From Azolla caroliniana (Eukaryota; Plantae; Polypodiophyta): a stretch of DNA of 64,000 nucleotides. Below, one piece after another: positions 51,201 through 62,972 of the stretch; within the stretch, counting starts at the first letter, position 1, and each line of letters opens with the position of its first letter. The notes beneath the pieces were generated by a model that did no database searches, had not been told where the DNA came from, and saw only the letters and a list, made by a program, of their open reading frames with translations. Position numbers and translations under genes: made by a program. The DNA is taken from NCBI GenBank assembly GCA_043228905.1, contig JBHGNT010000021.1, positions 7,688,001 to 7,752,000 on the forward strand, read 5' to 3'.

Positions 51201-52539
51201 AGCTTTCTTATATTAGTGTAAACATGATCTTACAAATAACCGGAAAATGATTTCTTACGTATACTCCGAGTTTCTTGAACACACTTTGTTTAATGGAAAC
51301 ATGTAATGTACATTCCACTCACATGAAACCATCCAAAAGTTCGGTCAAACTTACTTTCAATTGAGGTAATTGAAGATGTCAAGGATTTAATTAAAGATAT
51401 TGTAGCCATCCACACACCCTAACATCCTATGATCTATCTCATGACATTCATGATTGAGGCTGCTTAAGAGGTTTTGTATGACCACGAATGTCACATCAAC
51501 ATACAAACGTTTCAACAAATGTGGGCAAAGATGTAGCCACCAATAATCTAGAGCAATGATTTTGAGGTTTGGCTATTCCAAAGTGGCCAATAAGGTGCCA
51601 ACAAATCAAGCCATCACCAATGTGAAAAGCATCTTAGTCTTAATGTTGAGGTGAAACATTGGAGTAAGGTCTTAGGTTCCAAATAAGATTTTTGAAAAAG
51701 AGCATGTGGTTTCACTTGAAGTGTGGTAGAACGTAATTTGGTGAAGAAATCAAAATATGAAAACACTTTGTACTTATTATTGTACATGGCAATGATTGAG
51801 AACTCATGCAAATTGAGAAGAAACCTAGTTTTAATTATAATCACACACAATCATTTTGGTAAGGGAACCCTTCAAGAGTTGGTAATATCTAGGATCTCCA
51901 TGTCATAAATAAGATGGTTGGTTTTAGAAGGGAATAACTTTCCTAAATGATAGACCTTCATGTGTGGCTCATGTTCATTCCTCTCTTGTGACAAGATATT
52001 ATTAAGCATTAACTTCAAGAACATATGAAGTCCTAAGTTCTAACACAAGATTTGCATTTGTCACAATAAGTGCCATTTTGAAGGTGTGCTTTAAAGTAAT
52101 AAGTGCTAATTATTCTTCAAGGATTCATTTAAAAGCAATATCCTTCTCGGTAACACATGGGAAATGCAAGATAATCCTTGATAAAGCAACAAAAAAACTA
52201 CAACCTAGAAAGCAATGTACATCTTTAATGAAGGAGGGTGTTTTTCAACCAAAAACTATTCTAAATAGGATACTCTAATGTAAAAGGGCAATTGGTTAAA
52301 CTAGTGTGAGTTCTCCAACCCTAACTATATAAGGTGGAGAACTAGGGTTTGCAAAGGGATTGGCTATTGTGTTGAAGGTTATCTTTAAAGATAACTAATT
52401 GTAATGTGTTGTGGAAATGGTTTCTTTTACCATTCTCTCTCTATATTGCTCCTACTCTACGAATTCTCTCAATTCGATCAATGTGTGTTAAGTTGGCTTG
52501 CTCCATGTTAGCTTATTGCATTGTGGTAGAAACTGTGTA

Positions 52540-53470
52540 TTTACTTCCTGTATTGTGTTAACTCTTTTAGAGCACAAGTGACACTAAATTATAGAGAGAA
52601 AAATTGTGGAGTATTTCAATAGTGTGACCAAGCACATAATTTATGAAGACAAGAAGGTAATACTTTATGGAATATTAAGTGATCTGTCAATAAAAGATAA
52701 AATTGATTTTGATGATCTCAATGGAAATGTAACAAATGTACTAGTTAATAATATCAGAAAAACTCTACTCAACATGAGCTAGTCTGAAGATGATCTTGTC
52801 TTAAAAAGATCTAGTCTAATGATGTTATTAAATAGTGATGTTGACAATCTTAATATTAGTATGCTATCTAAGTTAATTAGTGTTTAGTAGAAAAAGTGTG
52901 TATAATACAATGAACCGCTTAAGTTTAGGAGGTGAAGGAAGTAGTCTATTAAAGCTAACCACAAGCTATAAGCTAGTGACACCCATAACATAAAAAATCA
53001 AGGATATAATCACCATATGTTGGACTAGCGAAAGTAGGGTTTTACCTAATAAGAAGGATTTGTGTAGGAAACGTTTTGGAAGGAGTCAATATGAGGAGCA
53101 ATCATGTATTTACATTTTATGTAAGTCTTGTATCAGTGGTAATAAGCTAAGATCACTCAGTATTAGTAGTTCTAGTTATTAAATATTAGCCACAACTACT
53201 TAATTCTCTATTAATTATTAAGCTTATAGCCACAAGTAGTTAGCATCTAATAACTAATAAGCATTAAGCTTGATGACCTATTACCTACATCAACAAGTAT
53301 CAATAACTAATTAAATACTAATAGCTAATAATCTATTTGAATTACAATAACTATTAGCTAATTAGCTACATCAAATAGTGGCCATAACTAACTAGCTACA
53401 TTAGAGAGTGGCCATAGCTAATTAGCTACATCAGGTAGTGGCCATACCTAACTAGCTACATTAGAGAGTG
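52540..53470 (+). mobile_element. Second, inverted and truncated copy of the transposase 5' region with its TAGCTA-rich intron
   Basis: SEDDLVLK..MMLLNSDVDNLNIS.LSK and KDIITI.WTSESR..NKKDLCRK.GRSQYEE are paralogous to 56592-57017 (-), and are followed by TAGCTA repeats. Confidence 0.8.
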
Positions 53471-53899
53471 TGTGACCAATACTTGGTGTAATAGAGGCTC
53501 AGTTGCAGGAATGGAAACTTAAACCATTAGAAAACGAAAGAAGAGCCTTGATCTTGGAGCTTGATAAAGTGCCGATGAGTGTGCGATATATGACACCAAG
53601 GAGGAACACGAATCAATTTCTAGAGTGGGTTGTGCAATACTTTGATTTGTTTATTTGGAGTGAAAAACCACGTTGAGATGTTTGGAAGTGTGTAGAAAGA
53701 TTAATTGTAATTAATACACATTTAATATACACGATTTTATTAAGAAACACGAACAGAAAAAGACTCCCAAACGATTTTGTTAAACTGTTTTTTTGCAATA
53801 CAACTACTTTGTCCACTTTACAAGAAAACTGGTATGATCTCCTCGTAGCTACAAATTCCATGGCATACTATTGTAAATACATTCATACACATTAGCACT

Positions 53900-56800
53900 A
53901 ACTGTGTATAAATCTAAACAGCTATTGTATTGCGACATCGGTAAATTCATGCACCTGACCAAATGAGAGTACATGTACGCTACTGGTTTGTCTTCTAAAA
54001 GCCTATACACATAATCGTAATAATCTAGTCTTGCACAAAAAATACTTTCAATGTAGAATGTCCCGGCAGATACAATATTTCCCCAAGCATTTACAATATT
54101 CTACGTTGCACATTGTTTACAAACCCTGCACTTCAATATATAGAAATCAACACCCTCTGAATTGTCTTCTTGTGCATTTACAATGAAATTATCCCTAATG
54201 TTTATGACATCACTCAGAGTATCTCCACGACCCCGATATGTGAAGTAAACATTGTTTTCTGTTTCTCCATCCGCTCAGTCCTTATCATTCAATGTATGTT
54301 ACTCCCAATTCGGAATATATGCTTTGTTTAAACAATATCTCCAATTTCCCTGCACACAATGAAAGCAAAAAACAAGTTAATTCTCTAACTGCAATACAAT
54401 GACCGTCCAACCTAGAATAACCCCAAACAACATGGAGAGATCGCAATTCGGGAATTCCTTGGCACTCCTAGGTATTCTCCCTATTTACTTCATCAATCTT
54501 CACTTCCCAAAATTCACGTTTGATATCTCGAACCTCCGAGGAATAAACACTAGTTGCACTCGTTGACATATTAACTCTTAAAAATTCGACGACATGTGCT
54601 ACACAATTCATATGCACACTATCTGCCTTTAGTTGTTCATGGCTAAGTGCCCGCTTTATAATTGCACCTGCTCCATCATGTTCATCTTTACCATGGCCAA
54701 ACCCAAACAAATTCCATCTCATCTCCAAACCGGTTACAAAAGGATAACTTCCAACAAAATAAAATGGACGTCTACCCTTGAATTGTGACGCAGCTCCGTC
54801 AGACCAGATCCGATGTTGAGTAAGCTCCAAATGTTGACATAATAACCATTGCCAATGTAACTTAAAACAGTGTTGGACAAACAAGGTATCATGCGTCTTA
54901 TCATTAGAAATAAAAAAATGAATTACTTTTTTAACATCACCTGAAACTTGAAAATATGTTATGTGCACAAAAATGGTTACTTGCACTGAACACCAATGGA
55001 TGGATTGAATTTCATTTTACTGCTTGAAAGTATAATCCTTTGCGAAATCTACTACTAAGACTACTACATCATTTGGAAAATCATATATGCAAGTCTTAAA
55101 CTGATGGGCTTGCCATGAATAAATGAAGCTGTGTTTAATGAACTTTCCTAGAGATACTACAAATAGAGACGCCAAATCCCTTTGTTTAAGAGACTTCCTA
55201 ACTAGATCCTTTCTTTTACACACCTTTCCTTCAAAATTGGTGGCCACAGACTCAAATAACTTGACAGAGATTAATATTTCACTACTCAACTCTTTTGGAC
55301 ACCACCTAAATCTATTAGGGGCACAATATTGACATAAACCCATGACACATTTATGAATATGGAAGATAGCCTCAGATTCTCTCGGACACAATATTGAATC
55401 TAAAAGACCACTCATGGAAGAGATAACATGCTCTGATGATTTATAGTGCGCTTGCAGGTTAGATTGACAAATTGGGCACTCACAAGTGCAGACTGCATCC
55501 TCTAGGGAGAAGCTATGGTGATGTAGTAGATTAACAGAGTCCTTGAGAAAACTCATTTGTACATGGCGAATGCAACAACATGTGTATCAATCCTTTAAGC
55601 GTCTCACAAAGTGTGGCTTAAGAGACTCGAATGTTTGTAGTTGAACTTTGATATTTGGATGCATTCACCTGAACCTAATAAATAAATCAACCTGCGTAAT
55701 AAAAAGGGAGTCTAGTGAGTATAAAAAATGTGCCCTGATGTAGGTAGTTAAATATAGTGTTGTAGCTAATTAGCTATTGATAGTAGCTAATTAGCTACCT
55801 CAATAACTAATTAGTTCTTGACATAGCTAACTAGTTATTCCTAATAGCTAATTAGCTATTAAGAGTAGCTAACTAGCTATTGACAGTAGCTAATTAGCTA
55901 CCTTAATAGCTAATTAGGTACTACAATAGCTAACTAGCTATTACCATTAGCTAATTAGCTATTAAGGTAGCTATGCTCATATTCTGAGGTAGCTAATTAG
56001 CTATTGACATATTCTGAGATAGCTAATTAGCTATTGTGGTAGCTAATTAGCTGATAATAGCTAAGTTTGCTATTGTCAATTGCTATTTCGCTATTACTAT
56101 TGTGGTAGCTAGTTAGCTATGGTCATATTTTGAGGTAGCTAATTAGCTATTGTGGTAGCTAATTAGCTATGGTCATATTCTGAGGTAGCTAATTAGCTAC
56201 CACAACTATGGTCATATTCTATGATAGTTAATTAGCTATTGTGGTAGCGAATTAGCCGATAATAGCTAAGTTAGCTATCGTCAATCGCTATTTAGTTATT
56301 ACCAGTGGCTAGTTAGCTATGGTCATATTTTGAGGTAGTTAATTAGCCATTGTGGTAGCTAGTTAGCTATGGTCATATTTTGAGGTAGTTAATTAGCCAT
56401 TGTGGTAGCTAATTAGCTATGGTCATATTCTGAGATAACTAATTAGCTATTGTGGTAGCTAAATTAGCTATTGTCAATCGCTATTTACCTATTGCTAGTA
56501 GCTAGTTAGCTATGATCATATTCTGAGGTAGCTAATTAGCTAACCAACTAAGCTTAAAAATCAAAACAAAAGTTGAGATAAATGTAAATACTTGAGGTAC
56601 ATCAAGAAGATGAATTGGATGCTCCTCGTATTGACTCCTTCCAACATGTTTCCTGCATAAATCCTTCTTATTGGTTGAAAACCTACTCTCATTAGTCCAA
56701 AATATGGTGATTATATCCTTGATTTCTGATGTTATGGGTGTCATTGGCTTACATCTTGTTGTTAGCTTTAGTAGACTAGTTCCTTCACCACTTGAAATTA

Positions 56801-57130
56801 TCTGGTTCATTGTATTGTACACAATTTTTCTACTAACACCAATTACCTTAGATAGCACACTGATGTTAAGATCGTCAACATCACTATTAAGTAACATCAT
56901 TATACTAGGCGTTTTTAAGACAAGATCATCTTCCGACCTGCTCATGGACACAAAACTATTACAGAGATTATTTACTAGTACAAATGTTATGTTTGGATTA
57001 AGAGCATCACAGTCCACTAACTCCTTTATTGATGGATCATTTAATATTCAATAAAGTACTACCTTCTTGTCTTCATTGTTGATGTGATTAGTCTAAACAT
57101 TGAAATAATCTACAACCATTCTCTCTATGA
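53900..57130 (-). mobile_element. Degenerate DDD-type DNA transposase (Sola-like), spliced
   Basis: Motifs VVDFAKDYTF, IWSDGAASQFK, GHGKDEHDGAGAIIKR; upstream HP..K..F.SLKP..V..TCCC.RH and Cys clusters; GT-AG intron 55692-56591; internal stops. Superfamily assigned from remembered motif patterns. Confidence 0.7.
55740..56550. repeat. Palindromic TAGCTA/TAGCTAATTAGCTA repeat array (transposase intron)
   Basis: Dozens of TAGCTA(A/G)TTAGCTA units with short spacers such as TTGTGG and TGGTCATATTCTGAGG. Confidence 0.92.
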
Positions 57131-57600
57131 TAGTAGTCTCATTACTTCCATTCTTAGTGGTATTCAGACCTTAACGCAACCAATGCTATCCTTACCTTTA
57201 GTGAATGTGGCTTTCATATCCTTCAACAATTGATGATGTTTCCTTTTCTTTTATGCCCAATACTTTCGTATCGCTTGTTGTGTCCTAATAGCGTCATCCT
57301 TATCATGATGATCCATGAGGGGTATTGGTAAACACCCTCCTTCCCCTTCCATTTGGGTTGACATATTCATTAGTAAATTTCCACAAAAAAAAGACCCATA
57401 GCTAGTTACTAAACGACATGCAAACCGGTTATTCACAGGAGCGATCCCACCATTGGTAAGTTTATGTTTGTTGTAGCGGAGTGAAAGCTACTCAACCACC
57501 GTTGGGAACGAGCTAAGATGACTATGAGCAACAACAATGCACAAAATTATTTCGTAACACACAAGATTATACACAACAATACACAAGATAATAAGAAAAC

Positions 57601-58195
57601 GGAACAGTTATTGCAATCTAGGACTGAACAATGGCGGCAATTGAGTGTAGAATGGTGGCAATGGAGGAGTGAACTCCGTCGGATTGAACAGTTATTGCAA
57701 TCCAGGATCAAACATTGGCGGCAACTAAGTGTAGAATGGTGGCAATGGAGGAGTGAACTCCATCAGATCAAACATTGACAGATCATGCTTGGAACGCACA
57801 GTGGCGGTAACTGAGAGTAGAATGGCGGTAGTGGAGAAGGAGTGAACTCCATCGGATCGAACAGTGACAACAATCCACGACCGAATAGTAGCGGCAACTG
57901 AGTGTAGAATGGCAACAATGGAGGAGTGAACTCAATGGGAGAGAACAGTGGCAGATGATGCTTGGACCAAACAATGTCGGCAATTGAGTGTAGAATGGCG
58001 GCAATGGAGGAGTGAACTCTGTCGGATCGAACAGTGGTAAATTATACTTGGACCGCACATTGGCGGCAACTGAGTGTAGAATGGCGGCAATGGAGGAGTG
58101 AACTTCGTCGGATCGAACAATGGAAGATGATGCTTGGATCGCACAGTAGCGGCAACTGAGTGTAGAATGGTGGCAATGGAGGAGTGAACTCAATA
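57601..58195. repeat. 7 x ~86-bp tandem repeat
   Basis: Core GAGTGTAGAATGG(C/T)GGCAATGGAGGAGTGAACT at about 57643, 57727, 57813, 57900, 57986, 58072 and 58158. Confidence 0.93.
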
Positions 58196-58485
58196 GGGTT
58201 TAGGAACAATGGCAGTAACCTAAGCCTGAATAGTCACGAAGTGATGGCCAACGTGATGTGGCAATGGATCATGCATAATGGACCTAGGAATTCAGTATAT
58301 AATTTATGGTGCACATATCCATTTATGTTGCACATTTATGGTGCTCATTTCTATAATTAAAATATTCTAATGTTTTCATTCATGGTGCAAAAATGACTAT
58401 TTATCACTAGTAGCTTTTTGCATAGCTAATTAGCTATGCCAATGACATAGCTAATTGTTTCCACTTCAATGCTTTAACCCAAAAT

Positions 58486-58750
58486 GATTCCGGCATTCAA
58501 ACTCTCCTCGGACATTGAACTATAGATGGACCTTAAGTTCAAGGTGTTCGAAGAAAGAATCCTTGATAGTTAGGTGGAATTTTCTCTCTAGAAATGGCTC
58601 AGAATAGCGAAGAAAGAGTTCCACGATCTCCTTGTGGATCTCATGAAAAGAAAGAGACAGGCTACAGAGGAATCAAATGCTCCAAGGGTGAATGGGAATA
58701 CCATTCTAATGAACGACACGGAAGTGGAGGATGAGATTCCAAACTCTCAC
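58486..58750 (+). pseudogene. Gypsy gag fragment, same family as 62963-63919
   Basis: PAFKLSSDIE..VFEERILDS..IAKKEFHDLLVDLMKRKRQ..NAPRVN..EIPNSH closely matches the ORF at 63 kb. Confidence 0.85.
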
Positions 58751-61210
58751 TTAGAAGATGATATTGCTTATTTCAAATCCAAAGGGGAAGTTATTGTCTT
58801 TGGTGACATGAATGCTCGTACAAGAAGTTTCCAACTTGATTCACAAGAATCTTTCATGCCACATGTTAGAACAAAGTAAGAGATTGAACGATTGAAGGAA
58901 GGTATAAGAGAATAGAAGAAGAGAGGAGAATGGATTGATAAGAGAAGAGTGGGTTTATTCGAATAGAATGATTACAAGGATGAGTTGGATACAAGGTGGT
59001 CTTGGAGCTAAAGACTGGTGTTGATTCGAATTGATTTGAGGATACATGTATGCCCTTATTTATAGGTTCCAATAGAATAGCTTAGAGATATCTATAATGT
59101 TCTAGAATGTTCTAGAATGTTCTAGGACATTCTAGAACATTCTAGAATGATCTAGAGTTTTTACAATAATCAATGCAATATAGAAAGTAGCTTTTATCTT
59201 CTCATATGACAATAAGCTATCTTAATGGTTGAGGTTTTCAACTATGAATTACAAGGTTTGAGGTTCAATTCCGAGTGACGCCATAATGGTCATGTGTTCA
59301 TGACACAGTCTTGGGTTCAAGTCCAGGTGAAGCATAATGTTCACGGATTCATGCCACCACATATCTCAAGGATGCAAGAGGATATGCAAATGTATAGCCA
59401 CTCTTCTAGTGATGAAAAAGATCCGAACCAATTTGGGAAGTTACTCCTACAAATGTGCAATAGTACCAGATTGCTGATTGCAAATGGTATTTCCTTATGG
59501 TCTAACACTAATGGTTTTACATGTAGAAAATACAACAGAAATAGTGTGATTGACTATGTGCTACTTTCCGAAGGTATTTTGGATCGTATACATAAATTCT
59601 CTCTTGGTGAATGGAGACGGGAATCCGATCATAGGCCTTTATGTATTATCTCAAATGTATGCATAGGTTTGATTGTACGAAGGCTATTGAAGATAATAAA
59701 CAACCGCACTTGAGCATGAACCTTAAGCGAGTGCCCATGTATTCCAAGATGGTTGAGGATATGGTACAAATGACAAAGATACAACATGGTGCCACACTAG
59801 AATGCAAATGGGAAGCTTTCAAGAAAGTCATTCTCTCCTGTACAAACAAATGTTTTTCCACCAACTGCATATCTTGGAAATGCACCAAGAAACTTAGGAA
59901 AAAATGGTTTGATAAAGAATGACGTGAAGCTCGAAAGTGCCTTATGGTTTTGGATGTAGTTAAGGATAAAGAGAATTACCAAAAGCATTTGCATGAGTAT
60001 AAAAGGCTTATTCAAAGAACGAGAAGAATATGGGAAGTTACTCAACAATTTATCCAAACGCAAGAGAAAGCACATGCATGTGCTAAATTTTGGGGAAATC
60101 TAAAGGGGAAACATGTTGAGAGTTATGTTGACTTAACTCTTCACAACTTGTCTATGCATTGTAAGAATTTATATGAGTTATCTCTTGCTAGAAAGATGAT
60201 GTGTTATGGTTTTGTTTCACATATGTCTCCCTTCTTTACAATTGAAGATATATGCATAGGACTTAAGAAATTGGCCTCTCGAAAGGTAATCGATCTTCAA
60301 TGTATAGAGGCTCAAATGCTCAAATGGACGGGAAAAGAAGCATATGTATGGATACGCGATATGTTTAATGATGCATTGCAACATGGTATGCCGTATGATT
60401 GGACAACAAATTGGATCAAACCGTTACATAAAGGTGGAGATGTAAATAATGTAAACAACTATCGAACCATCATGGTTGGTTCATTAATGGCAAAACTATT
60501 TGGATGTATAATGGAATCAAAGGTAAGTGTATGGGCTGAAAAAAATGGTAAGAGAGCTTATGGACAAGCTGGCTTTCGAAAACACCATAGCACCGTTGAT
60601 CACCTTGTCACCCTTCGAGTATTAATGTAGGAAAGTCGTCTTAGAGGTCAAGGTTTACATTGTTACTTTGTAGACATCAAGAAAGCTTTTTATATGGTAC
60701 CTCGTGAGCATCTTCGGAGGCGAATGGAAGGACTTGAGGTGCCAAGTGAATATATGCTTGCAATTTCCCAAATTTAAGGTTGTATGTTGTGCACGTATGA
60801 GAGATAGACTTTCAGATTTTTTCAATAGCACTATTGGTGTTAAGCAAAGATGCCCACTCTCAATAACACTATTTGGTCTATGCATTGATGAATTGGAAGA
60901 AATGGTTACCAAGTTTGCAAAGGAAGAATGCATTGAAGAAGTTGCCATTGGGAATGTTGTGATTATGCTTCTGCTATATGCAAATGATGTAGTGTTTTTT
61001 GCAAATACTTTAGGAGATGCACAAGAGCTTATGAAGGCATCGGAAAAAAATTGCATGCATACTAAATTAAGTGTCAATATCTCTAAAACAAAGATTATGC
61101 TTGTGAAGAGCCAAAAAAGAGATAAACCATGCATTATGTACAACAATGAGCCACTTGAATGTGTGGAAAGCTTCAAATATCTTAGATGAAATGAATGTGC
61201 TACACACCGC
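58751..61210 (+). mobile_element. Degenerate non-LTR retrotransposon (LINE): AP endonuclease and RT
   Basis: EN motifs GDMNAR, LLIANG, SVIDYV, SDHRP; RT motifs PLHKGG..NNYRTI, QAGFRK..STVDH, GVKQRCPLS..LF, LLYANDV, NISKTKIM, FKYL. Interrupted by a solo LTR and by the gypsy element at 61211. Confidence 0.9.
58864..59356 (-). mobile_element. Solo LTR (493 bp) with 5-bp TSD CCACA
   Basis: TG...CA termini, CCACA at 58859-58863 and 59357-59361, minus-strand TATAAATA, and TTCTAGAA repeats. Removal restores LINE FMPHISRMQ. Confidence 0.88.
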
Positions 61211-61848
61211 TGTCGTGCCTTTCGGCTCCGGATCGTTGCGTGAGTCGGGTGGGAACCACAGAGGTCTTGGACTAGGAGAAAGGAGTTCGTGAGATAGAGA
61301 TTAATTATGAGTAAATAGCAAAGAGAAAGATAAGAAACTCGTGAATCACACGAGTATACTATATTAATTGGTACTTAGGGTGTTAAGAGAGAAGTAGATG
61401 TATAAATCGTGAATCCCACGAATAATTTTTCTATTGATTAATTCTTAATCCAAATAATCAACAACCCTTTACATATTTCTCTCCTCCTTATATAAGGAAG
61501 GAAGAGCTAAGCATGGCTTCATGCTTTTTTATTTTTACAAAAAGTGTTCATGTCCACTAAATGTGCATGTGATGCTTTTTTATTTCCTAAGTATAGGGCT
61601 CATGCACGCTAGATGTGCATGAGTTATTTTTAGTGTCTCGTCTTTTTCATATATTAAAAAAATACACGATTTACCTTTTAATAAAGGTATGCATAAATAA
61701 AGGTCTTATACGTATTAAATCTATATTTAAAACACTTAAGATAATTTAATGTAATGGTAAGGTTGGGGTTTGTCAACGTGGAGGTGCAGAGTTTGAATCA
61801 CGCCCTGCGCAGTAGTGAGTATTTCCTTTTTTTTTACATTTATGTCTC

Positions 61849-61960
61849 TATGCCGTTTTTCCTCCTTGCCGGTATGCCGTTTTCTTCCTTGCCGGTATGC
61901 CGTTTTTCCTCCTTGCCGGTATGCCGTTTTTCCTCCTTGCCGGTATGCCGTTTTCTTCCG
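61849..61960. repeat. ~4.5 x 24-bp repeat inside the gypsy LTR
   Basis: TATGCCGTTTTTCCTCCTTGCCGG units. Confidence 0.92.
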
Positions 61961-62084
61961 GTTCTCCCCGAGCACTCCATTCTCTATCCGGAGGGACAAA
62001 AATATAATTTCCGCATAGTGTGCAACCTACACTACGACACTCGCCCCCTCCAAACCCGCACATCCTCCGGTATGTGCCGAAGTT

Positions 62085-62966
62085 CTTGTTCACCGGTTGC
62101 AAGTCTTGGATGAATCGGAGTGACCCATTCTTCTTCGGAACCGTAAACCATCGATTTGAGTACGGAGCACTCGATGGCTCTAGAATCCCCATCGCCACCT
62201 TCTCCTTGAGTAAGTCGATGACTTTCGGAATATGCGCCCGTGGCACCGGAATCGGCTTCAGGTTCCACGGTACATGATCAATCGTAAAAATCACCATCGG
62301 CTCCACTATCTTTGGATCAATGCATCCGATCTCCGTCGATGTGAACGCGAATGCTTTGCCGTGTTGCTCCAACATCTCTCGAAACCGTTTTTCTTCTTCT
62401 TGTAAGAGGAACCCACCTCCACCGATCCGAAGTTTCTTCCGGGTCTCATCTGTGAAGGCATGTCCGATATCCACGGACTTCCGAAGTGTCAGATCTCCCG
62501 AGACTTCTTTCTTCTTTTGTTCGCTATCGGCGGGTAGTGGTCCCGCGGCCGGTTTCACCTTCTTCTCCACGGTCTTGTATTTCGTACTTACCATTGCTTC
62601 TTCTTTGCGGAGCGCACCCGGCCCCATTTTCGCAACGATCTCGTACATCTCGACCGATTCCACCGGGACTACCCGGTTCCCTTGGCTTTTATCTTCCGCA
62701 AGCTCTTCAAGCCGTTGTAGTGTATTCCCATAGAACACTTCCTCGATCACTCCCACGATTTCTTCGTCTTCTTTTATTATTGATGCCGACCGTAACTTAT
62801 CCTCCACTTGTCGGTATTGTTTCTTCATTCCTTCGGTTACGGCCGTGTACGTAGATGCCCCATCCGGGCCGATTCGTACTTGTTTTGCTCCGAGAGTTTT
62901 CTTCCTGTGTGGGGTATCAGGGCTTCTCGGACTATCACTTCCCCACTCCGCAACAGTCCGCTTTAA
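62085..62966 (-). CDS. Gypsy pol (RT N-terminus), in the -1 frame relative to gag-pro and truncated by a deletion
   Basis: Open frame from the slippery site through MKKQ... to LQPVNK, then an abrupt jump to PPT-proximal sequence. Confidence 0.75.
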
Positions 62967-62972
62967 AAATCC
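62909..62972 (-). other. Putative programmed -1 ribosomal frameshift signal (slippery heptamer plus pseudoknot)
   Basis: GGATTTT 62972-62966; stem 1 CGGACTGTTGC/GTGATAGTCCG; stem 2 GTGGGG/CCCCAC. Confidence 0.75.

Noticed and set aside
50300-52250. Retroelement pol remnant
   Set aside because: It looks like decayed TE sequence, but I could not read any diagnostic motif with confidence.
57601-58195. CRISPR array
   Set aside because: The 'spacers' are related to one another, there are no cas genes, and the context is a eukaryotic TE. It is a tandem repeat.
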